The position numbers and the translations under genes are program-made. A stretch of DNA of 64,000 bases from a virus. Its lineage: Duplodnaviria > Heunggongvirae > Uroviricota > Caudoviricetes. How positions within the stretch are numbered: position 1 is the stretch's first letter; every line of letters begins with the position of its first letter. Shown here in pieces: positions 7,025 to 16,153 of the stretch. The notes under the pieces are model-generated. The model had not been told where the DNA came from. It searched no databases and worked only from the letters and a program-made list of their open reading frames with translations. Location of the stretch: the IMG/VR virus record IMGVR_UViG_3300021400_000932; one strand, written 5' to 3'.

Positions 7025-8530
7025 ATGGAAAGATATGGATGTGTTGCCCCTGGAAATAACATAGCAGCTAGAAAGAAAGCGAAAGCTACTATGCAAGAAC
7101 GATTTGGTGTTGACTATGCTATGCAATCGGAAACTGTCAGAAAGAAATCTGTTGCCACCAATATAAAAAAGTATGGTGTCGAAAACCCCCAACAAAATGA
7201 AACAATCAAACAAAAAACCGCAGAAACAAATCAGGAACGGTATGGGGGCACCGGTTTTCAATCAGAAGAGTTGCTAAATAAGTATAAAGATACAATGATT
7301 GATATATATGGTGTTACTTCCCCCATTCAAAACCAACAGATTCGACAGGATATTATGAATACTATGCAAGACAGACATGGCGCTTCATGGTTCTCTCAGA
7401 GTGAAGAATATAAAGATAAATGTCATACTACTTCATTATCTAAATATGGTGCGGAACACTGGATGCAAACAGATGAGTGTAAGCAGAAATGCAAAGATAC
7501 TTGGCTGCGGAATTATGGCGTTGATAATCCATCGAAATCTCCGCTAGTAATCGCCAAGATAAAGCAGACATTTATTGATAAGTATGGGACAGATGGACTA
7601 TTGAATGTAGCTGAAATCCGAGAGAAGATACAGAAGACTTGCATTGAAAGATATGGTGTTCCCTATGGGGTATTGACACCACAAGCACGAAAACACAATG
7701 GTGCTATATCGAAGCAAAACAAACAAGTAATGAAATTATTAGATGATGCCGGTTTGAGCTATCAGTCAGAATTCAATCTTGAAAATAAATCATTTGACAT
7801 CAAAATTTTATATTCCAATATACTTATTGAGATTGACCCATCATACACACATTCAATAGAACTAACTCACTGGAATACCTCTGTTTCAGATACATACCAT
7901 ATAGAAAAGACTATGTTGGCAAACAAACATGGATATCAATGTTACCATATCTTCGATTGGGACGATAGGAAAAAATTTGTCAAATCTCTAACTAAGAAAA
8001 AAGATATAGAAACAGACCAATATTATATATCTGAAGTAGATGAATTGACTGCAACTGAATTTTATTATAAATATTCCATCTATATGCCGGATACCAAGTA
8101 TGCAATCCATATTGGAATATTCAACAAGCGGAATAATGCACTACTGCAAGTATCGTCATTCAGATTCATAGATATTTCTAACTGTCGGTGGCTGCTTTGT
8201 GCTAACAGCATCAAATTCCAAATTAATGTTATAGATGGACTGCATAATATCATAGACCACTTTGTTAAATACTATGACCCTGCTGAAATTGTCGGATTAT
8301 GTGATATAGCAAAATCAAATGGGATGATGTTTGAATCAATAGGGTTCAAAGAACTTTCAGAAGAACCACCACGTTTGATTTGGAGTCGATATCGGTCAGC
8401 AATTTCTAATGACAATGTAAAAAGTCAAACCAAATTGAATGATGAACAAATATACTCTATGATGATAAACAATAAATATCTGCCTGTATATGACTGTGGA
8501 TACAAAGTATATTCATTGAAACTCCGGTAA
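7025..8530 (+). CDS. repeat-containing putative site-specific/homing endonuclease: tandem ~30-aa K..(K/R)YGV.NP.Q repeats plus C-terminal PD-(D/E)xK-like (DUF559/Vsr-type) domain; N-terminal Zn-finger module probably starts at 6841
   Basis: At least eight repeats (QERFGVDYAMQSE, KKYGVENPQQNE, QERYGGTGFQSEE, IDIYGVTSP, SKYGAEHWMQ, RNYGVDNPSKSP, DKYGTDGLLN, ERYGVPYGV). The C-terminal FDIKILYSNILIEIDPSYTH resembles a DUF559 nuclease core. The in-frame upstream sequence 6842-7024 encodes CKFCGKEF...CPVCGKEY and has no start codon. Confidence 0.75.
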   Translation: MERYGCVAPGNNIAARKKAKATMQERFGVDYAMQSETVRKKSVATNIKKYGVENPQQNETIKQKTAETNQERYGGTGFQSEELLNKYKDTMIDIYGVTSPIQNQQIRQDIMNTMQDRHGASWFSQSEEYKDKCHTTSLSKYGAEHWMQTDECKQKCKDTWLRNYGVDNPSKSPLVIAKIKQTFIDKYGTDGLLNVAEIREKIQKTCIERYGVPYGVLTPQARKHNGAISKQNKQVMKLLDDAGLSYQSEFNLENKSFDIKILYSNILIEIDPSYTHSIELTHWNTSVSDTYHIEKTMLANKHGYQCYHIFDWDDRKKFVKSLTKKKDIETDQYYISEVDELTATEFYYKYSIYMPDTKYAIHIGIFNKRNNALLQVSSFRFIDISNCRWLLCANSIKFQINVIDGLHNIIDHFVKYYDPAEIVGLCDIAKSNGMMFESIGFKELSEEPPRLIWSRYRSAISNDNVKSQTKLNDEQIYSMMINNKYLPVYDCGYKVYSLKLR

Positions 8531-8539
8531 ACAAAAATA

Positions 8540-8578
8540 AGGCACACCCAACCAAGCAACAAGGGTGTGCCTTTTTTG
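8540..8578 (+). terminator. rho-independent terminator (GGCACACCC...GGGTGTGCC + T6)
   Basis: 9-bp GC-rich stem with 13-nt loop followed by TTTTTT, immediately after the stop of the plus-strand gene. Confidence 0.7.
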
Positions 8579-8585
8579 TATAGGA

Positions 8586-8831
8586 TTAATTAATGACCAA
8601 GCAAAGCGTTCCAGAACCGTCTTCGGAAGGAGAAAATACCGTATAGGAATAAGGCGTGTAGTCGAATGCATCATAGGTTTCTTTCTTTTCTTTAATCATA
8701 AGCATAGGTTCTATGCCGGAAATACCTTGATAGCCACTTTTCTCCATATCTGACTGATAGCTAATGATGGGAGTATCATCCGGCAAATCTTTAATTGCTT
8801 CTTTTAGATGTCTTACGGTACGTACTATCAT
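8586..8831 (-). CDS. hypothetical protein
   Basis: 81-aa ORF. Confidence 0.4.
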   Translation of the reverse strand: MIVRTVRHLKEAIKDLPDDTPIISYQSDMEKSGYQGISGIEPMLMIKEKKETYDAFDYTPYSYTVFSPSEDGSGTLCLVIN

Positions 8832-8847
8832 AATGGACCCCCTTCAA

Positions 8848-9198
8848 CTAAGGTTTTTCTTTTGCAACTTTTCTTTGTCGCCGGTAATCATAGAGAGCAT
8901 CAATCAGCTTCTTCTGGTCAGCGGTAGGGATATCTTTCTTTGCGATAATACCTCTGTCTGCATAAGTAAGAAGAGTTCTGCGAACAGATTCATACTTAGC
9001 ATAGGCCTCACAGTAAATATCTCTGGCTTCGTTCAGTTTCACAATTAGCTGATTGAGTTCTTCGATTTTCTGCTTTGCATTCTCAGTCGCCTTGCCATTA
9101 TCGGGGCTTACATTAGAAGAACCGCAGTATGGACAAAACTTCGGCTTGTTTGCAAATCGAAATCGCTTATTGCAGTCAGAACAGATAAATTGTTTCAT
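8848..9198 (-). CDS. zinc-ribbon / coiled-coil protein
   Basis: N-terminal CSDCNKRF...CPYCGS; AATCGTTTAT motif and GAGGTGA ribosome-binding site upstream. Confidence 0.55.
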   Translation of the reverse strand: MKQFICSDCNKRFRFANKPKFCPYCGSSNVSPDNGKATENAKQKIEELNQLIVKLNEARDIYCEAYAKYESVRRTLLTYADRGIIAKKDIPTADQKKLIDALYDYRRQRKVAKEKP

Positions 9199-9244
9199 TT
9201 AGTAGTCACCTCTTTTTGTCATTTTCTTATTATAATAAACGATT

Positions 9245-9430
9245 CTATTTTGTATTTTCTGCAACTTCCGAGGAAAGCCAATTAGCAGTAGCTTCTCTAC
9301 AATGGCTTAGGTCTTCCCCACATTGATACTGCCGTTTGTATTTGCAATACTCGCATATATTTGCCCCATCACAAAGGAAATCAAGCATAGCATCAAAATC
9401 AAATGATTTGATTTTATCAAAATTAGTCAT
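9245..9430 (-). CDS. small Cys-rich protein
   Basis: 61 aa with CDGANICEYC...C...C. Confidence 0.4.
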   Translation of the reverse strand: MTNFDKIKSFDFDAMLDFLCDGANICEYCKYKRQYQCGEDLSHCREATANWLSSEVAENTK

Positions 9431-9986
9431 CTGGATACTCCTGTTCTAAATCTTCAACATAGCACCAACTTTGTGGTGGAGATAATAATTGTTTCATACA
9501 AGTATCAAACTGTGGGTCATATGCATTGCACAGACCACAATCGCCTTTATGCTTAATGCAAGGTTTCCTGAACTCTCGTATATCCTTTGGACAATCATAA
9601 ATCTTCAGCCCTGTAATGTTCCACCCATAACCGGTCTTACCATTTCCTAGATAACTTATGATTTCACGGTCGGTCATTTCCGTAAATGGAAATAATGCAT
9701 CCGCTATCGGAGATTTGGGATTACTATATTCTACCTTAATGGGTACAACACGATTACAGAAAAATTCACCGATAACCGCACCTCTGCCGGTGCTGACGTC
9801 ATATTTAGAGGTATCTAAGAAATGAGGAATATACCCAGATGTCTTTGTTTCATAGATATATACCTTGAAGATATCACCATACTTCGGTCGAGTTTTTCTG
9901 ACTTCGATTTTCTTTTTACCACTCTCAATGAGCCGGCACCATCCAGGGTTTATGCTAACCATAACAGATAACATTTTATACCTCAC
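9423..9986 (-). CDS. ASCH (PUA-like) domain protein with Cys-rich C-terminus
   Basis: N-terminal LSVMVSINPGWCRLIESGKKKIEVRKTRPKYGDIFKVYIYE fits the ASCH pattern. Confidence 0.5.
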   Translation of the reverse strand: MRYKMLSVMVSINPGWCRLIESGKKKIEVRKTRPKYGDIFKVYIYETKTSGYIPHFLDTSKYDVSTGRGAVIGEFFCNRVVPIKVEYSNPKSPIADALFPFTEMTDREIISYLGNGKTGYGWNITGLKIYDCPKDIREFRKPCIKHKGDCGLCNAYDPQFDTCMKQLLSPPQSWCYVEDLEQEYPDD

Positions 9987-10342
9987 AGTAAAAATCCAAC
10001 GATATTGTCACCATCATCATTCATTACGGAAGTTATAATCCAAGTTTCTATGCCATCATCTGATTCCAATACTCTGTCATAGCCGTTAGAAACAAGTTTA
10101 ACTCGCCCCACTCGCAATTCAGTATCAGCTTCGCATTCAACATATCCGGCAACCTGAACAGCAGCAAAATCAGAATCCGTGGCAATTACCTTGCCGATAA
10201 ATGTCTCATTCTCCCCAGCCCTGCAAACTGTAGAAGAATCATACATTGTAACAAGGTCGCCAGGGTCAACCATCCCTTCATAGCGAAATGTCAAAACACT
10301 TTCATTGAATCCGGCATAGGATAACTGAAAATCTCTAATCAA
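9983..10342 (-). CDS. hypothetical protein
   Basis: 119-aa ORF overlapping neighbours by 4 nt (ATGA). Confidence 0.45.
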   Translation of the reverse strand: MIRDFQLSYAGFNESVLTFRYEGMVDPGDLVTMYDSSTVCRAGENETFIGKVIATDSDFAAVQVAGYVECEADTELRVGRVKLVSNGYDRVLESDDGIETWIITSVMNDDGDNIVGFLL

Positions 10343-10844
10343 AATAACTCCTCCAATCTAATCTTCGTCCACATGTTCCACAGTAGTTTACATCTTTGCG
10401 GTGTGACACAGGAAGTCCACAACTAGGACAAGTATACTTAAAACATTTCAGTTTTACCTTAGCAGGTATATCTCTATGTAAAGACTCTCTTGCAGCCGCC
10501 AAAGCTGCCTGAGCTCTGCGATTGTCTACCCACTTTGGATTGCAGTCAGAAATCAACAAATTTATTGTTGTTGCTGCATCGTCCGCCGGAATATTATGCT
10601 CATTCTTGTCTTTCATATTAGAATCACCTATCGGAGTTGTGGTTGTGCTTGGGTAATACTTCAAATCTTCCGCAATACCTGTGGAAGTAGATGTAAAAGA
10701 ATGTTTCCAGTTTGTTTCACCATCTACCCATACAGGAAAGCCATTAATATACTCAATGTGGCCATTCATCAATGTATTCCCTCTTTTCCCAATCAAGTCT
10801 TTGTCCGCACTTAGTACAATAATCATATGGAACACAATAATCAT
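10335..10844 (-). CDS. zinc-ribbon protein, CG(Q/R)(R/K)LDW family (true start probably internal Met ~10769)
   Basis: C-terminal CPSCGLPVSHRKDVNYCGTCGRRLDW; the listed N-terminus overlaps the upstream gene. Confidence 0.5.
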   Translation of the reverse strand: MIIVFHMIIVLSADKDLIGKRGNTLMNGHIEYINGFPVWVDGETNWKHSFTSTSTGIAEDLKYYPSTTTTPIGDSNMKDKNEHNIPADDAATTINLLISDCNPKWVDNRRAQAALAAARESLHRDIPAKVKLKCFKYTCPSCGLPVSHRKDVNYCGTCGRRLDWRSYFD

Positions 10845-11055
10845 ACCTTATTTCTTCATCGTCGGCATGACAGCAAGGACAGAAGAAATAAAGACCCTCT
10901 TTGACTACAAGAACAGGTTTCGGTATTTGTTTCTCTATAGCAGCAACAGCTATCTTTTTCGCCTCAGCAATGGCAAAGCTATCACCAAGATACTCCACCT
11001 TTAATTCCTCAATCGCTTGTGGTAGTTCCATCCGATGTATCCTCCTCAAATTCAT
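10753..11055 (-). CDS. zinc-ribbon protein, CG(Q/R)(R/K)LDW family
   Basis: CPCCHADDEE...CTKCGQRLDWEK. Confidence 0.5.
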   Translation of the reverse strand: MNLRRIHRMELPQAIEELKVEYLGDSFAIAEAKKIAVAAIEKQIPKPVLVVKEGLYFFCPCCHADDEEIRYDYCVPYDYCTKCGQRLDWEKREYIDEWPH

Positions 11056-11257
11056 CTGTCACATGGTTCGTATTTTCGCACATAGGACATTTACATTCCT
11101 TGACTGTGCCATTGTAAATTCGCATAAAACCATCAGACTTTATGGTATACTCTCCGTATTCGGCTATATAAACACACCCGCAAGCACAACAAGTAAATTC
11201 AGTAGGAACTAATTTCGGCTTTTTAAGTATTTTCATAGTGCGTCCTCCGTCATACAA
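11009..11257 (-). CDS. small Cys-rich protein
   Basis: CCACGC...C..CPMC. Confidence 0.45.
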   Translation of the reverse strand: MYDGGRTMKILKKPKLVPTEFTCCACGCVYIAEYGEYTIKSDGFMRIYNGTVKECKCPMCENTNHVTDEFEEDTSDGTTTSD

Positions 11258-11628
11258 AGTAATTCATCCTGATACAGACTGCAATATTCTTTAGCTACAC
11301 ACTTTTTACATTCCCCCAACCATATTTCTTCACAATGTAGGCCACAATCATTTACCAAAAATAGCCTATCATCCGGATTTAGCCAATCCAGGCAATAAGA
11401 CTCCCCACTATCATTGTATCTTGAATCGGCGAGTGGAAACCTAGTTGCTTCGAGATGTAGAAAATCTACATCATCAAGAAACCAGAGTGCTTCCGATTTT
11501 GCCTTTCCTCTGGTTGGTGCAAAGGCAACAACACAGTTAAACCCATTCCTCTCACGCACCATCCAAGCCTTCATATGTTCTTCACCTCTACACCTTGTAA
11601 AGTATCCTGCGCATTCGACGCCAACCAC
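11233..11628 (-). CDS. hypothetical Cys-rich protein
   Basis: 131-aa ORF. Confidence 0.45.
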   Translation of the reverse strand: MVGVECAGYFTRCRGEEHMKAWMVRERNGFNCVVAFAPTRGKAKSEALWFLDDVDFLHLEATRFPLADSRYNDSGESYCLDWLNPDDRLFLVNDCGLHCEEIWLGECKKCVAKEYCSLYQDELLCMTEDAL

Positions 11629-11846
11629 TTATACAGTCGAGATTGACAAGTTGCCGGACTGCTGATTTTAATACTTTGACAATCAGTAAAACCATTCCGA
11701 CAATCCTCATAACAAGGACAATGTTCGCAATTAGTCCACCGGTACATAAAATCTGCAAAAACACCGGATGTCAGTTCAGCACCGTTCAAGATTCTAAACA
11801 AATCACCCAATGTTGTATTCTTCATCTTATCGAAATTTGTCATCAT
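11571..11846 (-). CDS. hypothetical protein
   Basis: 91-aa ORF. Confidence 0.4.
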   Translation of the reverse strand: MMTNFDKMKNTTLGDLFRILNGAELTSGVFADFMYRWTNCEHCPCYEDCRNGFTDCQSIKISSPATCQSRLYKWLASNAQDTLQGVEVKNI

Positions 11847-11850
11847 AGCA

Positions 11851-12240
11851 TCAACACATCTTGAAATTATCTATATCCTGTTCATCATCTCGTTCGAAAT
11901 GAACAACTTCCGGAAGTTTATAGTAGCTAAAACTACCTCTTTTATCTCCGAATACTGTACGGATAGCTTGGTACACATCCCAAACTTTGTCGGCATTTTC
12001 AAACTTGCCGATACCATATGAATGACCTCTACCAAACAACTCCGGATAAATATACTTGCGAGCTTCAAGAAGAAGTTCATCAGCTTTCTCTCTGCGCTCC
12101 AAGTATTCATCCGAATTGATGGTAAGACTAAGAAGTTCATATGGAATTTCCGTGAACTGACCCATAAAAACGCGAGCATAAAACTCACAAGCATGTCCAA
12201 GCAATTTGGCTTGTTTATCTGTTAGAGTAATCTGTATCAT
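11851..12240 (-). CDS. hypothetical protein
   Basis: 129-aa ORF. Confidence 0.45.
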   Translation of the reverse strand: MIQITLTDKQAKLLGHACEFYARVFMGQFTEIPYELLSLTINSDEYLERREKADELLLEARKYIYPELFGRGHSYGIGKFENADKVWDVYQAIRTVFGDKRGSFSYYKLPEVVHFERDDEQDIDNFKMC

Positions 12241-12256
12241 AATAGTTTATCCCTTT

Positions 12257-12517
12257 CTAAGTTTCCGCATCTTCCGAATCCCATAAATCAGAATAAGGAG
12301 AAAGCAAGTTGCTCCAGAAATTCCAACCATAGTCAACTTCGCTTTCAAGCCACTTTCTTCTGCAGTCGTCACACATATCCCGTTCACAGTCATCAAAACA
12401 TTGGCAATAGAAAGTTGCTTCCTGGAAACATCCTAGTACGCTACCTTTCTCTACAAATGCGATAAACTTTGCTACCTCATCTGCTGTGAGAGATTGTAAC
12501 ATTTCAAGATTTGTCAT
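12257..12517 (-). CDS. hypothetical Cys-rich protein
   Basis: 86-aa ORF. Confidence 0.4.
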   Translation of the reverse strand: MTNLEMLQSLTADEVAKFIAFVEKGSVLGCFQEATFYCQCFDDCERDMCDDCRRKWLESEVDYGWNFWSNLLSPYSDLWDSEDAET

Positions 12518-12527
12518 ATTATTACCT

Positions 12528-12926
12528 TTAATCCTTGTTCTGTCTGAGAGATTTACCGCAAATAGGACAGTAGTTTATCTTTGACTGCAACCCATTTGAA
12601 CTGCCGCCATGTATATCATATCCATATGCGATAATAACAGGTCCGGTTGGTTCTGTTTCTTGCTTTATGGCGATGCCGACGTCATTAGTCTTTCCGATTA
12701 CCAATGGTTCTGCCCCATCACAGTAGGGGCAAGGCTGGCTATCTGATTCGGAAATCTTTTGTTCTACCCAAGCCATTTCTTTATCATGAATCTCATTAAT
12801 CATCTGCACTCTGACACCTGTGCTCACATTGGCAATCCGCAAAATATTATCTACTGACTCCAAAAGATGATTAAGCAAAGTTTCTATGCCATCGACCATA
12901 CTCTTATTGTTCATCTTTAACCTCAC
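12528..12926 (-). CDS. zinc-finger protein
   Basis: CPYCDG...CPICGK. Confidence 0.45.
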   Translation of the reverse strand: MRLKMNNKSMVDGIETLLNHLLESVDNILRIANVSTGVRVQMINEIHDKEMAWVEQKISESDSQPCPYCDGAEPLVIGKTNDVGIAIKQETEPTGPVIIAYGYDIHGGSSNGLQSKINYCPICGKSLRQNKD

Positions 12927-13134
12927 AACTTCTCATATTCCAAGCATCTACTGCTTCTTCTCTTGTTTTATATGCTTTGGTGGTAACACCACAATCTGTA
13001 CACTCACCCCTATACCCACCATAGACGTGGTGTTCATCAAATGGATTATTTATATACCTTGCTTGTGTCCACCTGCTACCGCAAAATGGACAAGGCTTTA
13101 ATTCAGATGCATCATTCATTTTCGCATGCTGCAT
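12904..13134 (-). CDS. zinc-ribbon protein
   Basis: CPFCGS...CTDCGV. Confidence 0.45.
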   Translation of the reverse strand: MQHAKMNDASELKPCPFCGSRWTQARYINNPFDEHHVYGGYRGECTDCGVTTKAYKTREEAVDAWNMRSCEVKDEQ

Positions 13135-13345
13135 ATTTTAAATATTCCTCCTGAGAAATAGACACAATGTTACTACTGCCTTTAACATACTCAGTGTGAC
13201 ACTCTGGACATCGGATGGTAGAACGCACACCAAGAGTTTTATAATTTATGAATTCAATTTCATCGAAAACAAATATACAACCGCAAGGACAACTTGCTTT
13301 ATAATACTTGTGCGGTTCTTTTTCTCTGTGTTTAATAACTACCAT
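13112..13345 (-). CDS. zinc-ribbon protein
   Basis: CPCGC...CPEC. Confidence 0.45.
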   Translation of the reverse strand: MVVIKHREKEPHKYYKASCPCGCIFVFDEIEFINYKTLGVRSTIRCPECHTEYVKGSSNIVSISQEEYLKYAACENE

Positions 13346-13362
13346 ATTGTAGCCCCCTTAGT

Positions 13363-13554
13363 TTATTTGTTATTTGGTATGTCTGAATCTGGAAGTTCAT
13401 GAATAGGACAATCCTCAAGTCTATCACAACAAAACTGGTCATAGCATTCTCTGTCCAACCGAGAACAAATGCGTCGTGAATAACTGTTTACATAAGAAAA
13501 CTGACATTCGTAGCACTCTTTCGGGACTTCCATATCTTCAATCCACACAGCCAT
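13363..13554 (-). CDS. small Cys-rich protein
   Basis: 63-aa ORF. Confidence 0.35.
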   Translation of the reverse strand: MAVWIEDMEVPKECYECQFSYVNSYSRRICSRLDRECYDQFCCDRLEDCPIHELPDSDIPNNK

Positions 13555-13575
13555 TTATTATCACCAAAGTACCTT

Positions 13576-13992
13576 TCATTGTTCAGTATAATCTTTATCT
13601 AAATATCGCCATCTCATTGGGACTACTGCCTTATCATCATGGAAAAATTCACTTGGCATATATCCAACATGGTCACTAACTTCTTTGATAATTCCATAAA
13701 GTTTTATTGTCGATATATTGAGAATAGAAAATCCGTTAATGTCATAGTTTATCCCAACGCACACACACTCTCCGAATATTAACCCCTTGGGAGAAAGCGG
13801 TCTATCCGATGTAGGATAGTAAAATGAAATATCTCCGACACTATCTTCATTACAATAGAGAAAACATTTAAACGGTGTCTTAATTTCTATCTTATCCGGC
13901 AAAACGATAACATGATATTTTTCGGCGATATCATATTCCGCTACGTCAATGTTGACCATTAGGCATTTCCGGTCAGATTCTTTTACAGCCAT
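13576..13992 (-). CDS. hypothetical protein
   Basis: 138-aa ORF. Confidence 0.45.
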   Translation of the reverse strand: MAVKESDRKCLMVNIDVAEYDIAEKYHVIVLPDKIEIKTPFKCFLYCNEDSVGDISFYYPTSDRPLSPKGLIFGECVCVGINYDINGFSILNISTIKLYGIIKEVSDHVGYMPSEFFHDDKAVVPMRWRYLDKDYTEQ

Positions 13993-14270
13993 TATTCATC
14001 CTCACCCCAATCAAGTTTCTGCCCACAATGACTACAGAATGGGTCATGATGAAAAATCAAACGACCACAAGCCGGACACTGTATATCCCCACAAACCTTG
14101 GTTTTGCGTATAGGCTTTTGAGGACTGTTAGACTGATTTGCATGAATGACTAATTTATCCACCGCACGACGGATTTCTTTTATCATTTCCGAAATCTTTG
14201 TGATAACCAATATGAAACAGATAATCAATACCGACACGGCTATGAATAAAATAAGACCAAGTAATTCCAT
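13992..14270 (-). CDS. membrane-anchored zinc-ribbon protein, CGQKLDW family
   Basis: N-terminal hydrophobic helix LLGLILFIAVSVLIICFILVI; C-terminal CPACGRL...CSHCGQKLDW. Confidence 0.5.
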   Translation of the reverse strand: MELLGLILFIAVSVLIICFILVITKISEMIKEIRRAVDKLVIHANQSNSPQKPIRKTKVCGDIQCPACGRLIFHHDPFCSHCGQKLDWGEDE

Positions 14271-14279
14271 AATTAAACC

Positions 14280-15212
14280 TCACACATAAGATATTTCCAT
14301 AGTGGCTGCAGCATCCGGACATAAAAGAGAATATCCGAAAAATGAATAAATCCCTGTGTTTTCGAACTGCTTGTCAATCAGTCTTTCATAATCCACATGA
14401 ACAGGGCCAAATCTAATCATCTCTAATGCAAACCTGTTGTCCATACCAACAATTACAGGGTATGGCATATTTGGACAAATAATTATCTTGGTATCTCCGC
14501 AATAGTAATTGTTATCTTTGAGTGTGATTGCCGAACCTAAATAATTCTGCAGTGATTCAAGCTCAGAAGATGAACAAATCATAGTTGATAATTTATATCC
14601 GTTTTTAGCATATAGTGATTTTGTAAATTTAGTTATGATACTATGTATATTATGTTTACCGACACATTCACAATCATTAAGCAGTTCCACAGCAGCAACA
14701 AGCTGGCATTTTGAAATATAACAACCAATTTGTTGTAATACCTTAGTTAATGTGGAGATTCTTTGAAATCTCAATGGTTCATATGCTGCATTAAGATTTC
14801 TGCCACATTTTCTTCTTGTGACTAAATCATGGTATGTACGCATACGCAATGATGCTTGTTTGTTATCCGATTCAGTATAAACGGAGCGGTAATCCATTCC
14901 ATTTGCATCAATAGTGTTTGCAACAATGTCCTGCACAACACTATTTTCATCAATGCCGATTTGTACACATCTTCTTACATACTCAGGGAACAGAACCGCT
15001 GAGTTGCTTGTTGCGAAGAATTTCTCTACTGTGTCGCTACTATTGCCACTTACTTTAATGTCAAATCTCTTTAGCTGGCGTGAAAAAGCATCCAAATCCT
15101 GTAAAGTTGTTCCATAGTAATTCTCGGATGGGTCCATGCTTTCTAATACATCGCTAAGGTTTCCGGCTTCATACATACCCTTTTCTAAAGTTATGCTATC
15201 AAAATTACTCAT
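14280..15212 (-). CDS. hypothetical protein
   Basis: 310-aa ORF. Confidence 0.5.
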   Translation of the reverse strand: MSNFDSITLEKGMYEAGNLSDVLESMDPSENYYGTTLQDLDAFSRQLKRFDIKVSGNSSDTVEKFFATSNSAVLFPEYVRRCVQIGIDENSVVQDIVANTIDANGMDYRSVYTESDNKQASLRMRTYHDLVTRRKCGRNLNAAYEPLRFQRISTLTKVLQQIGCYISKCQLVAAVELLNDCECVGKHNIHSIITKFTKSLYAKNGYKLSTMICSSSELESLQNYLGSAITLKDNNYYCGDTKIIICPNMPYPVIVGMDNRFALEMIRFGPVHVDYERLIDKQFENTGIYSFFGYSLLCPDAAATMEISYV

Positions 15213-15215
15213 AAA

Positions 15216-15503
15216 TTACTCCTCCCCAATCATCATAGGTGGAGTATCGTTTTTAAACCACCCTATTGACTGTTCTCCGGTCTCAGTATTCGTAAGAATC
15301 TCTACAGTACAATCTTCATGCCTTTCAACCACATTGAACATATTTGTCATTACGGTCGTGCGGTTATAAAGATATGGACACAAGACATCTTCTCCAAAGT
15401 AATCTGAATACCACTTCCGTCCTTCCTCTATGTCCTTATACATATAACAAACATCTTTATGACTGCAATGTTGACATATTTTCTTATTCATTAGATGTGC
15501 CAT
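15216..15503 (-). CDS. hypothetical protein
   Basis: 95-aa ORF. Confidence 0.4.
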   Translation of the reverse strand: MAHLMNKKICQHCSHKDVCYMYKDIEEGRKWYSDYFGEDVLCPYLYNRTTVMTNMFNVVERHEDCTVEILTNTETGEQSIGWFKNDTPPMMIGEE

Positions 15504-15513
15504 AGTTTATACC

Positions 15514-15804
15514 TCAATCTGTGTCATTTTGGGGTCTGTCATATTTTGATTTTAACCATGCTTGAAACTCTTCACGGTGTTCATCTGCGAACTTCTCGAA
15601 CTCTTCGGGTAGAGGTGTATAGCAAGAGGATGCCGCCATAGCAGACCTCTCCCAAAAGTTAGATTGCTTAGGTTCGCACATTCGCAGGAAAGTTCGCAGC
15701 ACTAAATCCATTGCCCTATCAGACTGTTGTTCTAAAATAGTATGTTGTAATTTCGCAGTTTCATCAGCAGCGTAAACACCACCAGAAGTATCAGAATTAA
15801 ACAT
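15514..15804 (-). CDS. hypothetical protein
   Basis: 96-aa ORF. Confidence 0.4.
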   Translation of the reverse strand: MFNSDTSGGVYAADETAKLQHTILEQQSDRAMDLVLRTFLRMCEPKQSNFWERSAMAASSCYTPLPEEFEKFADEHREEFQAWLKSKYDRPQNDTD

Positions 15805-15812
15805 ATTATCAC

Positions 15813-16151
15813 CTACCTGTCATATTCAGTATCACAGAATTCGCATCGGTTACTGTGTAATGGAGCTCCGCAGTTCTTACAATTTGTGAGTTTCGGAATC
15901 ATATTTTTAGTTGTTGGGACATCTGACACATCCCTCTCTTCTATACAACGATTTAGATAATGAATAAGGAACCCATTACCGCCGAGGTCTTTATAAATTT
16001 TTACATAATCGACTTCAGAATCATCGCAATCTTCTCTTTGCTTTTCTTCGTATTCTTTCGCCTTGAATCCGATGTGCAAATCTACAAAAACCGCAATTAT
16101 TATGATTATCAAAATTATGGACAGCAAAATGCCCCATACTATGTTAGTCAT
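15813..16151 (-). CDS. membrane-anchored zinc-ribbon protein (paralog of 2026..2241)
   Basis: N-terminal transmembrane helix ILLSIILIIIIIAVFV; C-terminal CKNCGAPLHSNRCEFCDTEYD. Confidence 0.55.
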   Translation of the reverse strand: MTNIVWGILLSIILIIIIIAVFVDLHIGFKAKEYEEKQREDCDDSEVDYVKIYKDLGGNGFLIHYLNRCIEERDVSDVPTTKNMIPKLTNCKNCGAPLHSNRCEFCDTEYDR

Positions 16152-16153
16152 AA

